Origin: Neocallimastix sp. 'constans'
Taxonomy: Eukaryota
Assembly: GCA_050613775.1 (NCBI GenBank)
Contig: JBODTK010000010.1
Location: 1-64,000, forward strand
Reading direction: 5' to 3'
DNA length: 64,000 nt
Of the stretch, positions 1 to 18,900 are shown piece after piece. A program made the translations under genes and the position numbers. Positions within the stretch are counted from its first letter, which is position 1; every line of letters starts with the position of its first letter. A model generated the notes under the pieces. That model saw only the letters and a program-made list of their open reading frames with translations, was not told the DNA's origin and searched no databases.

Positions 1-18
1 TTTAAATAAATTAATTAG

Positions 19-413
19 TTAAATGGGAGATTTGCATTTCCCCAAATTGCATTTCGACAGGTGGAGTATTGCTATAAATTAATGAATAAATAAATATTAA
101 TTCAAAATAATTTTCTTTAAAATTGTTTTATTTCGCCAAGTGGCGTAGTATTAAAAAGTTGCATTTCGCCAAGTTGCATTTCGACAGGTGGAGTATTGCT
201 ATAAATTAATGAATAAATAAATATTAATTCAAAATAATTTTCTTTAAAATTGTTTTTATTCTATATTAATTATATTTAATTTTATTTATTTATTTAATAA
301 TTTTCAACTTGGCGAATTGCAATTTTGAGAAATGCCAGATTATTTTAATACGCCACATGCTTTTAAAAAAAAGGCGAAATGCAACCTGGCAAAATGCCTC
401 ACTCTCTACTTAA
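19..413. mobile_element. MITE/foldback-like element with imperfect terminal inverted repeats and internal TTGCATTTCGCC-type subrepeats
   Basis: The left end TTAAATGGGAGATTTGCATTTCCCCAAATTGCATTTCG resembles the reverse complement of the right end (CGAAATGCAACCTGGCAAAATGCCTCACTCTCTACTTAA). There is an internal ~80-bp direct repeat (~47-128 and ~174-255). A shorter related copy lies at 25899-26011. Confidence 0.5.
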
Positions 414-446
414 ATATATTGGTAATATATATATTTTTAATTGTGG

Positions 447-488
<42 letters not shown>

Positions 489-550
489 CCTCTTTCTCTC
501 TAATTTTCATTTAAATTATTTAATATAATTAAAATTAAAAAATTAATTTA

Positions 551-586
<36 letters not shown>

Positions 587-629
587 ATTACTTTTATGAA
601 AAATCAAATCAATCAATCAATTCATCAAT

Positions 630-2278
630 AAATAAATATTTAAATAAATATATAAAATAAAATAATAAATAAAAAAATAAAATAATAAATAATTAAATAA
701 TTAAATAAATAGATTAAATAATAAATAAAAAAATAAAATAATAAATAAAAAAATAAATAAATAAATAAATAAATATATAAAATCATAAATAAAATAATAA
801 ATAAATAAATAAATAAAATAATAAATAAAAAAATAAAATAATAAATAAAAAAATAAAATAATAAATAAAAAAATAAATAAAATAATAAATAAATATATAA
901 ATAAAATAATAAATAAATAAATAAATATATATATAAATTCATAAATAAAATAATAAATAAAAAAAATAAAATAATAAATAATTAAATATTTAAATAAATA
1001 AATAAAATAATAAATAAAAAAATAAAATAATAAATAAAATAATAAATAAATAAATAAAATAATAAATAAATAAATAAATATATATATAAAATCATAAAGA
1101 AAAAAATAAATAAATAAATATATAAAATAATAAATAAATATATAAATAAAAAAATAAATAAATAAATATATAAAATAATAAATAAATAAATATATAAAAT
1201 CATAAATAAAATAATAAATAAATATATAAATAAAATAATAAATAAATAAATAAATATATATATAAATTCATAAATAAAATAATAAATAAAAAAAATAATA
1301 AATAATTAAATATTTAAATAAATAAATAAAATAATAAATAAAAAAATAAAATAATAAATAAAAAAATAAATAAATAAATAAATAAATATATAAAATCATA
1401 AATAAAATAATAAATAAATAAATATATAAAATTATAAATAAAATAATAAATAAATAAATATATATATATATAAAATCATAAATAAAATAATAAATAAATA
1501 AATATATAAAATTATAAATAAAATAATAAATAAATAAATATATATATATATAAAATCATAAATAAAATAATAAATAAATAAATATATAAAATTATAAATA
1601 AAATAATAAATAAATAAATAAAATAATAAATATATATATAAAATCATAAATAAAATAATAAATAAAAAAAATAATAAATAATTAAATATTTAAATAAATA
1701 AATAAAATAATAAATAAAAAAATAAAATAATAAATAAAAAAATAAATAAATAAATAAATAAATATATAAAATCATAAATAAAATAATAAATAAATAAATA
1801 AATATATATATAAAATCATAAATAAAATAATAAATAAATAAATAAAATAATAAATATATATATAAAATCATAAATAAAATAATAAATAAATAAATAAAAT
1901 AATAAATAAAAAAATAAAATAATAAATAAAAAAATAAAATAATAAATAAAAAAATAAAATAATAAATAAAAAAATAAAATAATAAATAAAAAAATTAATA
2001 AATAAATAAATAAATATATAAAACAATAAACAAATAAATATATAAAATCATAAATAAATATACAAAATTATAAATAAAATAATAAATAAATATATAAAAT
2101 TATAAATAAAATAATAAATAAATAAATAAATATAAATATAAAATCATAAATAAAATAATAAATAAATAAATAAAATAATAAATAAATATATATATAAAAT
2201 CATAAATAAAATCATAAATAAATAAATATATAAAATCATAAATAAAATAATAAATAATTAAATAAATAAAATAATAAC
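630..2278. repeat. A/T-only low-complexity minisatellite (AATAAATAAAAT-type units)
   Basis: Almost no G/C. The ORFs called here are F/L/I/Y artefacts. Confidence 0.9.
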
Positions 2279-2393
2279 TCTTTAAAGTATGAATATATAT
2301 ATTTATGAAACCAAAAAATGATTAATTATAAAATTTTTAAAATATTTGTATTAAATTTTTTTTTTAATATGTACTTCTCACTTTAATTATTTA

Positions 2394-2435
<42 letters not shown>

Positions 2436-2679
2436 TTTTTTATTATTATTATTGTTAATATTTTGTTCCCATTTTTTCTAATTGGTTAAATTTTTTTTTT
2501 TTTTTTTTTTTTTTTTTGATTTCGTGCATTTTGGAGGGTAGGTTATATATAAATTATGGCGTACTTTAAAAAAACGTTGAGGTAAGAGTGGCTTAAATTA
2601 TTTTTGATAAATATATAATTATATTTAAATTTTTAATAATGAAATAATATTTAATAATACTTTTTTGTTAAAATAATAA

Positions 2680-2915
2680 TAAAATATTTAATAATTTTAA
2701 TAATATTTAATAATATTTAATAATTTTAATAATATTTAATAATATTTAATAATATTTAATAATATTTCATAATATTTAATAATATTTAATAATATTTAAT
2801 AATATTTAATAATATTTAATAATATTTAATAATATTTAATAATATTTCATAATATTTAATAATATTTTATAATATTTAATAATATTTAATAATATTTAAT
2901 AATATTTCATAATAC
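2680..2915. repeat. 10-bp tandem repeat (AATATTTAAT)n
   Basis: Directly visible, about 20 units. Confidence 0.9.
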
Positions 2916-3440
2916 TTTTTTGTTAAAATAATAATAAAATATATAATAATATTTATTTATTATAAATAATATGCTTATGAAAAAAAATCAATGAATAAAT
3001 AAATACAGTTAACCCATTTGTTTTTATATCCATTTTTATTTATTTATTTACAATTATTTTTTTTTAAAAAAAAAAATGGAAAAGCATAAAATTACGAACC
3101 TAATTTTTATTTATGGGCCACATTAAGAAATGCAGTACTCTTATTTTTTTTTTTTTTTTTTTTTATTTATTGATTTATTATTATCAAAAAATAATTATTA
3201 TCTTTACTTATTGATATTCTTGTCACAAGTTAAAAAAAATACGTCGTTCTTAAACGTTTAAATAATAGATTTTTATTTAATTATTACTTTTTTTTATTCA
3301 TACTTTTAAAAAAATTCATTTAATTTTAATTTTTAAAAATAAAAAAATAATTTACTTTTAATTATTTAACCCGAACCCTATTTTTTTTTTTTTTTTTTTT
3401 TTTTTTTTCTTACGTCGTTTATTATTTAATTATTAATTAA

Positions 3441-3945
3441 TTATATATTTAATGAATGAATGAATAAATGAATTATATATTTAATGAATGAATGAATAAA
3501 TGAACTATATATTTAATGAATGAATGAATAAATGAATTATATATTTAATGAATGAATGAATAAATGAATTATATATTTAATGAATGAATGAATAAATGAA
3601 TTATATATTTAATGAATGAATGAATAAATGAATTATATATTTAATGAATGAATGAATAAATGAATTATATATTTAATGAATGAATGAATAAATGAATTAT
3701 ATATTTAATGAATGAATGAATAAATGAATTATATATTTAATGAATGAATGAATAAATGAACTATATATTTAATGAATGAATGAATGAATAAATGAACTAT
3801 ATATTTAATGAATAAATGAATAAATGAATTATATATTTAATGAATGAATGAATAAATGAATTATATATTTAATGAATGAATGAATAAATGAATTATATAT
3901 TTAATGAATGAATGAATAAATGAATTATATATTTAATGAATGAAA
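3441..3945. repeat. 32-bp tandem minisatellite TTATATATTTAATGAATGAATGAATAAATGAA
   Basis: Units start at 3441, 3473 and so on; about 15 near-identical copies. Confidence 0.92.
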
Positions 3946-4074
3946 TTATTTATTAATGTTTTATTTTTATATTCCTTTAATTAATTAATCAATTATTTAT
4001 TTATCTATAATAATAGAGAAAATTTTAAAAATTTATGGCGTTGACTTATATGGAATAAAAGCCACTTTTCCAAA

Positions 4075-4745
4075 AATCATCATTAAAAATTGCATCGTTT
4101 CAAAATACCACATTGCAAAACACTTTGTTGTAAAAGGTATCATTGTAAAAAAGTGTCATTATAAGATACGTTATTGTAAAAGACATCATTGTAAAAAACA
4201 TCATTGAATGTGGCGTCATTATATAAGGTGATGTTGTAAAAATTATCATTTTTTAAAAGAGGTCATTACAAAAATGAAATTATTATTATAAAGAGGTACT
4301 ATTACAATGAGGTATTATTACAAAAGATATTATAATAAAGAGGTATTATTACTACGACGTATTATTACAACGACGTATTATTACAATAAGGTATTATTAC
4401 AACGAGATATTATTACAATGAGATGTTATTACAATAAGGTATTATTACAATAAAGTATTATTACAATAAGGTATTATTACAATAAGATATTATTACAACG
4501 AGATATTATTACAATGAGATGTTATTACAATAAGGTATTATTACAACGAGATATTATTACAATGAGATATTATTACAATGAGATATTATTACAATGAGAT
4601 ATTATTACAATGAGATGTTATTACAATATGGTATTATTACAATGAGGTATTATTACAATAAGGTATTATTACAATGAGATATGAGATATTATTACAATAA
4701 CGTATTATTACAACGAGATATCATTACAACGAGGTACTATTACAA
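4075..4745. repeat. 15-16-bp tandem array in two opposite orientations
   Basis: From ~4260 to 4745 the units are GTATTATTACAATGAG-like. From ~4075 to 4250 they are degenerate TCATTGTAAAA units, the reverse complement of the same core. Confidence 0.75.
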
Positions 4746-5366
4746 AAAAAAAAAAAAACACATATTCGAATTTTCATTTGGTTATTTTTCCAGATAATAG
4801 ATTACAATTTAGTCATTTTTATCATTTTTAAAATTTCAAATTGTTCATTAATAATTTTATTTTAATTTTAAAATATTATATATAAATATAAAATACTTTA
4901 AATTTTAAACTATTTTTATATAATTGATTTCTTCTCTTAAATTTTTAAATTATGAAAATATTATTTATAATTCATAATGAGAATACAACTTTATCATATT
5001 AATTTAAGTTCAATTGTAAAATTACACTATATATTAATAAAATACAAATAAATATGAGATAATCACAATTATTTTTATTTTATTTTATTTTAACTTATTT
5101 TATTTTATTTATTTTAATTTATTTTAAAATAATTTAAATTAATTTATTTTATTTTATTTTATTTTATTTTATTTTATTTTATTTTATTTTATTTTATTTT
5201 ATTTTATTTTATTTTATTTTATTTTATTTTATTTTATTTTATTTTATTTTTTTTTTATTTTATTTTATTTTATTTTTTTTTTTTATTTTATTTTTATTTT
5301 TTTTTTTTTTTTTTTTTATTTTTTTTTATTTTATTTTTTATTTTTTTTTTTATTTATTTATTTTTA

Positions 5367-5428
<62 letters not shown>

Positions 5429-5583
5429 TTTTTTTTTTTTTTAAATATAACAAAATTTTATATTAAAATAAAAATAGTATTAATTTAAAATAATATTTAA
5501 ATACATAGTTAATATATATATATATAAATTAAAAAAAAAAATCAAAAAAAAAAAAAAAAAAAAAAAAAAATAAAATAAATTAA

Positions 5584-11617
<6,034 letters not shown>

Positions 11618-11748
11618 TTCAAATCAAAAAAAAAAAAAAAAAAAAAAAAATACACAATAAAAAATAAAAAATAAAAAAAAAATAACAATAAAAATAAAAA
11701 TAAAAGTAAAAAAAATTTAGATTAATATATTGTTGATTCTTTTCTCCT

Positions 11749-11790
<42 letters not shown>

Positions 11791-11997
11791 TTTGTTCTTT
11801 TTTATTTATATTTTATTTTTGGTTTATTTTTATTTCTGGTTTATTTCTATTTTCTCACTTTTTCTTTTAATAATTTTTCCTTTTTTTTTTAATATTACTT
11901 TTTACTATTATTTATAATTATTATTATTATTAATATTATTATTTTTAATATTATTTTTCGATTTTTTTTTTTTTTTTTTTTTTTTTTATTTTTATTA

Positions 11998-12080
<83 letters not shown>

Positions 12081-12339
12081 ATTATTACTTTTTTTTATTT
12101 TTATTTTTATTTTTACTTTGGTTGTGCTTTATTTTTTAACTTTATATATATCTAACTTATATAGGTTAAATTCAATTAAAAATAGCCTAAAATTTCCTAA
12201 AAAAGATAAATTTAATTTATTAATAAGCATCAATAGTTTTTCTTGGGCATATTATAATATTCAATTCGATATACTCTAGTTACACAGAAAAACTTTCCTT
12301 AATTTCGTAAAAAGTAATTATAGCATTAAAAGTTTATTG

Positions 12340-12414
12340 TAATATAAAATAAAAAATCTAGACTTTTTTTAATAAAAAAAAAAAAAAAAAGTCTAGATTT
12401 TTTATTTTATATTA
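12340..12414. repeat. Perfect 31-bp inverted repeat (hairpin/cruciform)
   Basis: TAATATAAAATAAAAAATCTAGACTTTTTTT and its exact reverse complement at 12384-12414, with a 13-bp loop. Confidence 0.85.
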
Positions 12415-13189
12415 AAAAATTTAAATATAACAATTTATGTTTCTTTTAGATATTTTTGATATTAATTTCTTAATAATTTTTTCTATTTAAATTAATGTTC
12501 ATTTCTTTGGCAAAAGTTAAAATTCATTAATATATGGAAAAATGTAATGATATAAAACAAATTAATAATTTTAATATTATAAAATATATATAATGAATTA
12601 TTATTCAAAATTTCAAATAAAGAAATAAATATTATTACATTTCATTATTTAATATTTTACTATTGCTAGAACAAAAAAAATTAAAATATGTTTAAAATTA
12701 AACAAAATATTAAAAATATATTTAATATAATTTATGCCACTTTTATATAAACGATTTATTAAGCCACTTTTTTATAAACGATTTATTAAGTACTCATTTT
12801 AATTTAGAGCTACATTTCGAAATGCAATAACTTTTAAGTAATTTTCTTGAATAATCTTTGAATAAGAATAAATATTCCTTTATTATTTAATTCTGTGGTT
12901 ATTAATGAAAGAAAAGCCCAGTAAGTATGTTCTTACCTTTTTCCATTGGAAAAAAAACACATCCATTAATATTATTAATCCTAAATTTTCAATAAAATTT
13001 CAAAAGAAAAACGTAATAGATATAACATTAATATTTTTCTAAAATTAAAAAAAGAGGTTAGTATAAATAAAATAAAAATATTTTATATTAAAATCTTTTA
13101 AATTATAAAATATACTGAAATAATCATTAAATAAATTTAACTTTAAATTATTTATTTTAATTTTTATTTTTTCATTTGAAATAAATAAA

Positions 13190-14150
13190 AATTTTAAATG
13201 TTCATAATTTTTCTGTTATGTGTATATATAAAAATGATGGAAAAAATTTTTTAAAATAATTTTAAAAAATAAATTTAAAAATAAATTTAAATTTTAGCTA
13301 ACCCTTTTACATTTATACTTTTATTATTATATATATATATATATTTTTTTCACTGAATGTATAATCTTATTAGATGGTATAATCTATTTTTATTAAGATA
13401 TAAAATATTTTTTAAATAGATGTAACGTGAACCTTTTTTATATATGTAATTAATTCGTAGATAAATATTATAATAATTATTTATATTATTTTATGTATAT
13501 ATAAAAAATTGATGTAAAAACAAATTGGTAAAATTTTTGAAAAATTGTAAAAAAATTTCAAATTAGATTTGAAAAATAAATTTAGAATATAAACATTTAT
13601 ACTTTTATTTTTTTATTTAATTTTTTCCACTGAATTTATTAAATTATTGGATTGCTCAATCTCTTTTTATTAGTATTCATATTAATAAATAAAGTATAAA
13701 ATATTTTTTATAGTAATAACGTGAGCTTTTTTATATGTAAATAATTCATATATAAATGTTATAATAATTTTTTATGTTATTTCACCTATATAATAATATG
13801 TTGGAAAAAGAGACTGTAAATTTTTTTTTGAAAAATTATAACAAAATTTTAAATTAAATTTAAAAATAAAATTAAACTTTACATTTAACTTTGAATTATT
13901 TTATTTTTTTTTTATTTATTAAATTTATTATTTTATTAGATAGTTCAATCTCTTTTTATTATTATTACAATAAATAAATTAAATATAAAATTTATTTATG
14001 AAGTAACGTAAGCTTTTTTGTATGTAAATTATTCATAGATAAATGCTTTAATAATTTTTTATGTTATTTTATATACATACATAAAAAAAGATGGAAAAAC
14101 AATCTATGAAATTTTTGAAAAATTATAACAAAATTTTAAATAATATATAA
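13190..14150 (+). repeat. Degenerate ~290-bp tandem array (3-4 units)
   Basis: TAACGT(G/A)A cores at ~13423, ~13717 and ~14004, each followed by TATGTAA and later by a GATG(G/T)AAAAA-like motif. Homologous to the 16965-18225 array. Confidence 0.7.
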
Positions 14151-14882
14151 ATCCAAAAAAAAGTATTTTAAACTTTAATTTTTTTTTATTTGGATTTCTT
14201 ATTCATTCTAATTTAAGATTTTATATTTCTTATATTATTTTTTTATGAAAATAAATGTAAATTTGTATTTATTTCTCTTTAATATATATAAAATAAATAT
14301 AAATATAAATATGTTTTTTTTCATAACTATATAAATGAAGAATTAAATTTACTATATTTACATTTATTTATAATTTGTAAAAATATTTTTAATATTAAAA
14401 AAAATTAATAAAAAAAATTTATATTAAAATCTTTTATTATGTTTATTTTAACAAATAATTAAATTTAAATAATTTGAATAAAAGTAATTAAAATAAATTT
14501 ATAAATATATAAAAAAATTTATTATAATAATAATTTTCTCTTAATATAATGTTAAACAATAATAAATAATTTTATTTTTTATTCAATTTTTTTATTCATA
14601 TTATTATCAAAAAATTATTACAGTAAAGTATATATTAATAATTACATTTAATTATTATTTTTAAAATATAAAATTATTTATTTTTTTTAGTTATATATGG
14701 AAGAAATTATGAAAAAATATAAATATTATTATAATATAATGTAATAAAGTAAATTAAAAAGTACATAATATAAATAATATATTTGTTAAAATAAAATTAT
14801 TATTTTAAGAATTTTATTTATAACTTTAATATAAATTTCGTATTATAATTTATTAATAATTTATAGGAAAATATTAAAATTA

Positions 14883-16040
14883 TCAATTAATTGTGTCCTC
14901 ATCAGAATTTTCATTTAAAAAGTTCTTTTGAAGAAGATAAACTACTGATGATGAAGTGTTATGATCATTTATTAAATTCAAAATTTCATTTTTGCTAGAA
15001 TATAAATAATTAAGAATGTAATTATTCTTTCTTAAAAATGCTTTTAATTTTAAAGTATCGTTATTTTTAATTAATTGAACCATCTTTAATTTTTTATTTT
15101 GGATTATGATTTCAATTTCTTTAATAGCGTATTCTTTGCTAAATGGTAATATTGTATTATTGTTTATAATGAAATTGAAAAAATCGTAAAAAGTTTTTTT
15201 ATTAAAATTTCTATCAAAATAGTTTAAATAAAAAAGAATAAACTCTTCAAATGAATTTGAATTTGCTGTATCATAATATTTATAAAGATATTCAACTTTT
15301 CTATAATCCTTTTTATCTAAATATTCTAAATAAAAGTTTCTTGGAATTACTATTTTATTTTTTTCAACATTAATTATATGATTAAAATTTCTTTTTGAAA
15401 TTCTTTTTCCATTCTTGTATATACTAAGAAGATTTTTAATAAAGTTAGTATCAAATACATAATTTTCTAAACACATTTTGATATACTTAAATTCAAAATT
15501 ACTGAGACGTTCAATTTCAAATTTTTTTAAAGAAAATCCATTTTTTAATAAAAAATTTAATTTTTTCGTTGTTAATAATTCTTCTTCTCTTAATATCTCT
15601 AAAATATATTTATCATTAATTTTAAAAGAAATATCTGCACCATTTTTAATTAAAAATTCAGCAGTTTGAAAATCAGAATTCTCCAATGATACTAAAAGTG
15701 GTGATTTTATACAATTATTTATATTTATTAATTCATTTGAATTATCTACATCATTTAAATTCATTTTATCTTTGATATTGTCTTTATCATATAAATGATA
15801 CGAACATTTAACTACATAATTTAAAGTTTTATAGTTACAATTATTATAAATTAATTTTACAATTTTTAAAGAGCAATTTAAGAATAAAGCCATATTAAGT
15901 AAATCAAAATTAGTACTATTTAAAAAATAAATAGGAATTTCTATACTATTAATAAAATCTTCTAATTTTTTAAAATTATCCATTTCGAGTATTTCTAAAA
16001 CTAATTTTTGTTTTTCTGTAAGAATATCAACGGTTTGCAT
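14883..16040 (-). CDS. Ankyrin-repeat-like protein (expanded anaerobic-fungal family), intronless
   Basis: 385-aa ORF with ankyrin-like segments SPLLVSLENSDFQTAEFLIKNGADIS and KLNFLLKNG, and an N-terminal FDLLNMALFLNCSLKIVKLI...YKTLNY block. Confidence 0.7.
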   Translation of the reverse strand: MQTVDILTEKQKLVLEILEMDNFKKLEDFINSIEIPIYFLNSTNFDLLNMALFLNCSLKIVKLIYNNCNYKTLNYVVKCSYHLYDKDNIKDKMNLNDVDNSNELININNCIKSPLLVSLENSDFQTAEFLIKNGADISFKINDKYILEILREEELLTTKKLNFLLKNGFSLKKFEIERLSNFEFKYIKMCLENYVFDTNFIKNLLSIYKNGKRISKRNFNHIINVEKNKIVIPRNFYLEYLDKKDYRKVEYLYKYYDTANSNSFEEFILFYLNYFDRNFNKKTFYDFFNFIINNNTILPFSKEYAIKEIEIIIQNKKLKMVQLIKNNDTLKLKAFLRKNNYILNYLYSSKNEILNLINDHNTSSSVVYLLQKNFLNENSDEDTIN

Positions 16041-16964
16041 TTTTTATATTATTTAAAAAATTTTATCACAACTAAATAACTAAAAAAGTTTTTTATTTCT
16101 TACAAATTTTTTTATGTATAATTTTATTATATACGATTACAATATTTAAAAATATATAAATATATAAAATTTAAATAAAAAAATTAAATTTTTTATAACA
16201 TGTTAATTTTGATTAATTTTAAATTTTTCTTTTTATTAACATTAAGATTTTTTTTTTTTTTTTAATAATATATTTATTATTAAATTAATTTTTAATTATA
16301 TAAAAAGTATAAAAATAAAGAAAATAATTTAATTAAAACTATAAATTTAATTAAAAAAACTTTATTAATTTTTTTTTATTAAATAGTAAAATTTTATATT
16401 TAATAATTTATATTTAAATATTTATATTTAATGATATTTATATATCATTTAAATTGTTATAAAAATAATTAAATAGCTAAAAAATATTAACTAAAATTAT
16501 TATTTAATTTAAAACCTTATTTTTTTTAAATACTGGTACTAATGGCATATAGTTACTAGTATAAAACAAAATAATAAAATATTTTTTATAAAAATTAAAA
16601 AAAAAAATTAAAAATAATTAAAATTTATGATTTTATTTATATAAAAGCATATTTTATAAATATCAAAAAAATTATAAATTTTTATTTTTGTTATTGACGA
16701 AAATTTAGAAAATAATAAAAACATATTTTTATTTAAGCATCATAAAATATATATATATATAATTTTTTATTACGTCGAAAACTATATAATAAAAATTCAA
16801 ATAAATAAAAGTACATCTTTTTTTTAAATAAAAAAAATGTTAAATATGTTATATTAGTAAAATATAATATAATTATATTTAAAAAATTTTAAAGAATAAA
16901 ATACAAAATATTTAATTACTATTTTAAATAAATGATTATGTTATTATGAACTAAGTAAATTACT

Positions 16965-18225
16965 ATTATATTATGTTATATATTCATTTTCTTTATTTTT
17001 TTATCTTAAAAACAATGAAAAGTATTTTTTAATAGTTTGTCAAGTAACGTGAACACTATGTTATATGTAAAATAATCATAAATAATTTAATTAATAAATT
17101 CTTAGCATTTTATAGTTAAATACAAAAATGATGGAAAAACAACTGTAAAATCTTTGAATTAATTTATTGAAATTTCAAAATTAATTTATCAAAAAAAATA
17201 AAACTATTTTAAATCCAAATAATAACCAATTATTTTATTTTATTATGTTATATATTCATTTTTCTTTATTTTTTTTTATCTCAAAAACAATGAAAAGTAT
17301 TTTTTAATAGTTTGTCAAGTAACGTGAACACTATATTATATGTAAAATAATCATAAATAATTTAATTAATAAATTCTTAGTATTTTATAGTTAAATACAA
17401 AAATGATGGAAAAAAAGATATTTAAAATCTTTGAATTAATTTATTGAAATTTCAAAATTAATTTATAAAAAAAAAATAAAATTATTTTAAATCCAAATAA
17501 TAACAAAATATTTTATTTTATTATGTTATATATTCATTTTTCTTTATTTTTTAACTCAAAATAAATGAAAAGTATTTTTTAATAGTTTGTCAAGTCACGT
17601 GAACACTATTTTATATGTAAAATAATCATAAATAATTTAGTTAATAAATTCTTAGTATTTTATAGTTAAATACAAAAATGATGGAAAAAAAACTGTAAAA
17701 TCTTTGAATTAATTTATTGAAATTTCAAAATTAATTTATATAAAAAAAATAAAATAATTTTAAATCCAAATAATAATAAAATATTTTATTTATTTATTTT
17801 GTTTTATTATGTTATATATTCATTTTTCTTTATTTTTTTTATCTCAAAAACAATGAAAAGTATTTTTTAATAGTTTATCAGGTAACGTGAACACTATATT
17901 ATATGTAAAATAATCATAAATAATTTAATTAATAAATTCTTATATTTTTTTTAATTAAATATAAAAATGATGGAAATTAAAACCTGTAAAATCTTTGAAT
18001 TAATTTATTGAAATTTCAAAATAAATATATCAAATAAAAAAATAAAACTATCGAAAAATCCAAATAATAACCAAATATTTTATTTATTATTTTTTTTTTT
18101 TTATTATTATGTTATATATTCATTTTTTTTTATTTTTTTTATCTCAAAAACAATGAAAAAGTATTTTTTAATAGTTTGTCAAGTAACTTGAACACTATAT
18201 TATATGTAAAATAATCATAAATATT
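16965..18225 (+). repeat. ~280-bp tandem array (4 full units plus 1 partial)
   Basis: AGTTTGTCAAGTAACGTGAACACTAT core at ~17046, 17321, 17596, 17884 and 18185 (periods 275, 275, 288, 301). Units are highly similar to each other. Confidence 0.9.
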
Positions 18226-18239
18226 TTTTTTTTTTTTAC

Positions 18240-18900
18240 CTTTAATATCAAAAAATAAAATTATTTTTTTTTTTTGTGTTACTTTATTATTAAGAATTTC
18301 AATTTTATTATTACTTTTATGAATATCGATATTGTTCAAATCAATGTATCCAGTTCGTATACTATTAATAGCATATTCATAATTATTAATGACATAGGAA
18401 TCTGTAATATTGATACACATAATATAGTCACATTCTGATTAAGAACATATATTATAATTTTTGTTAACATTTATTTCATCTGAAACAGTAGTAATACCAT
18501 CATATGTTTCAAGTGTACATAATGACTTTCACTATTTAGTTCTTCGTTACTAGCATATAGAAATAACCTCATTTACATGATTTTCAAAAATACAATATGA
18601 TTAACTAATAAATAAAATATGTATAATTAAAGTAATAATAATTATATATAAATATATATATATATTTATATTTTAAAATAAAGATCCAATCTATAAAAAT
18701 AAGGAAGGAAAATTAGTTCATACAGAAACAATTGAAGAATATACAAAAAATATTAGGACCAACTTGGTATGAGGTATCATTTTGTAACAATAATACTCTT
18801 GTTAATAGTTTAGGATTGTATTTTGATATAACCAAGTCGAAATTAAAATAAACGAAGTGAAGAAAGAAATACAGAGAACAATAATACTATTATTTTTCAT
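18240..18900 (-). pseudogene. Degenerate coding relic (beta-helix-like fragments plus a hydrophobic segment)
   Basis: Broken frames with CIFENHVNE and CINITDSYVINNYEY, a TM-like IVVIVLCISFFTSFILISTW, and a possible GT donor near 18239. Multiple stops. Confidence 0.3.

Noticed and set aside
640..1871. Hydrophobic ORFs rich in F/L/I/Y (also 23326, 26755, 28428, 30871, 41701, 48227, 48847)
   Set aside because: Translations of AT-only low-complexity DNA with no protein-like composition.
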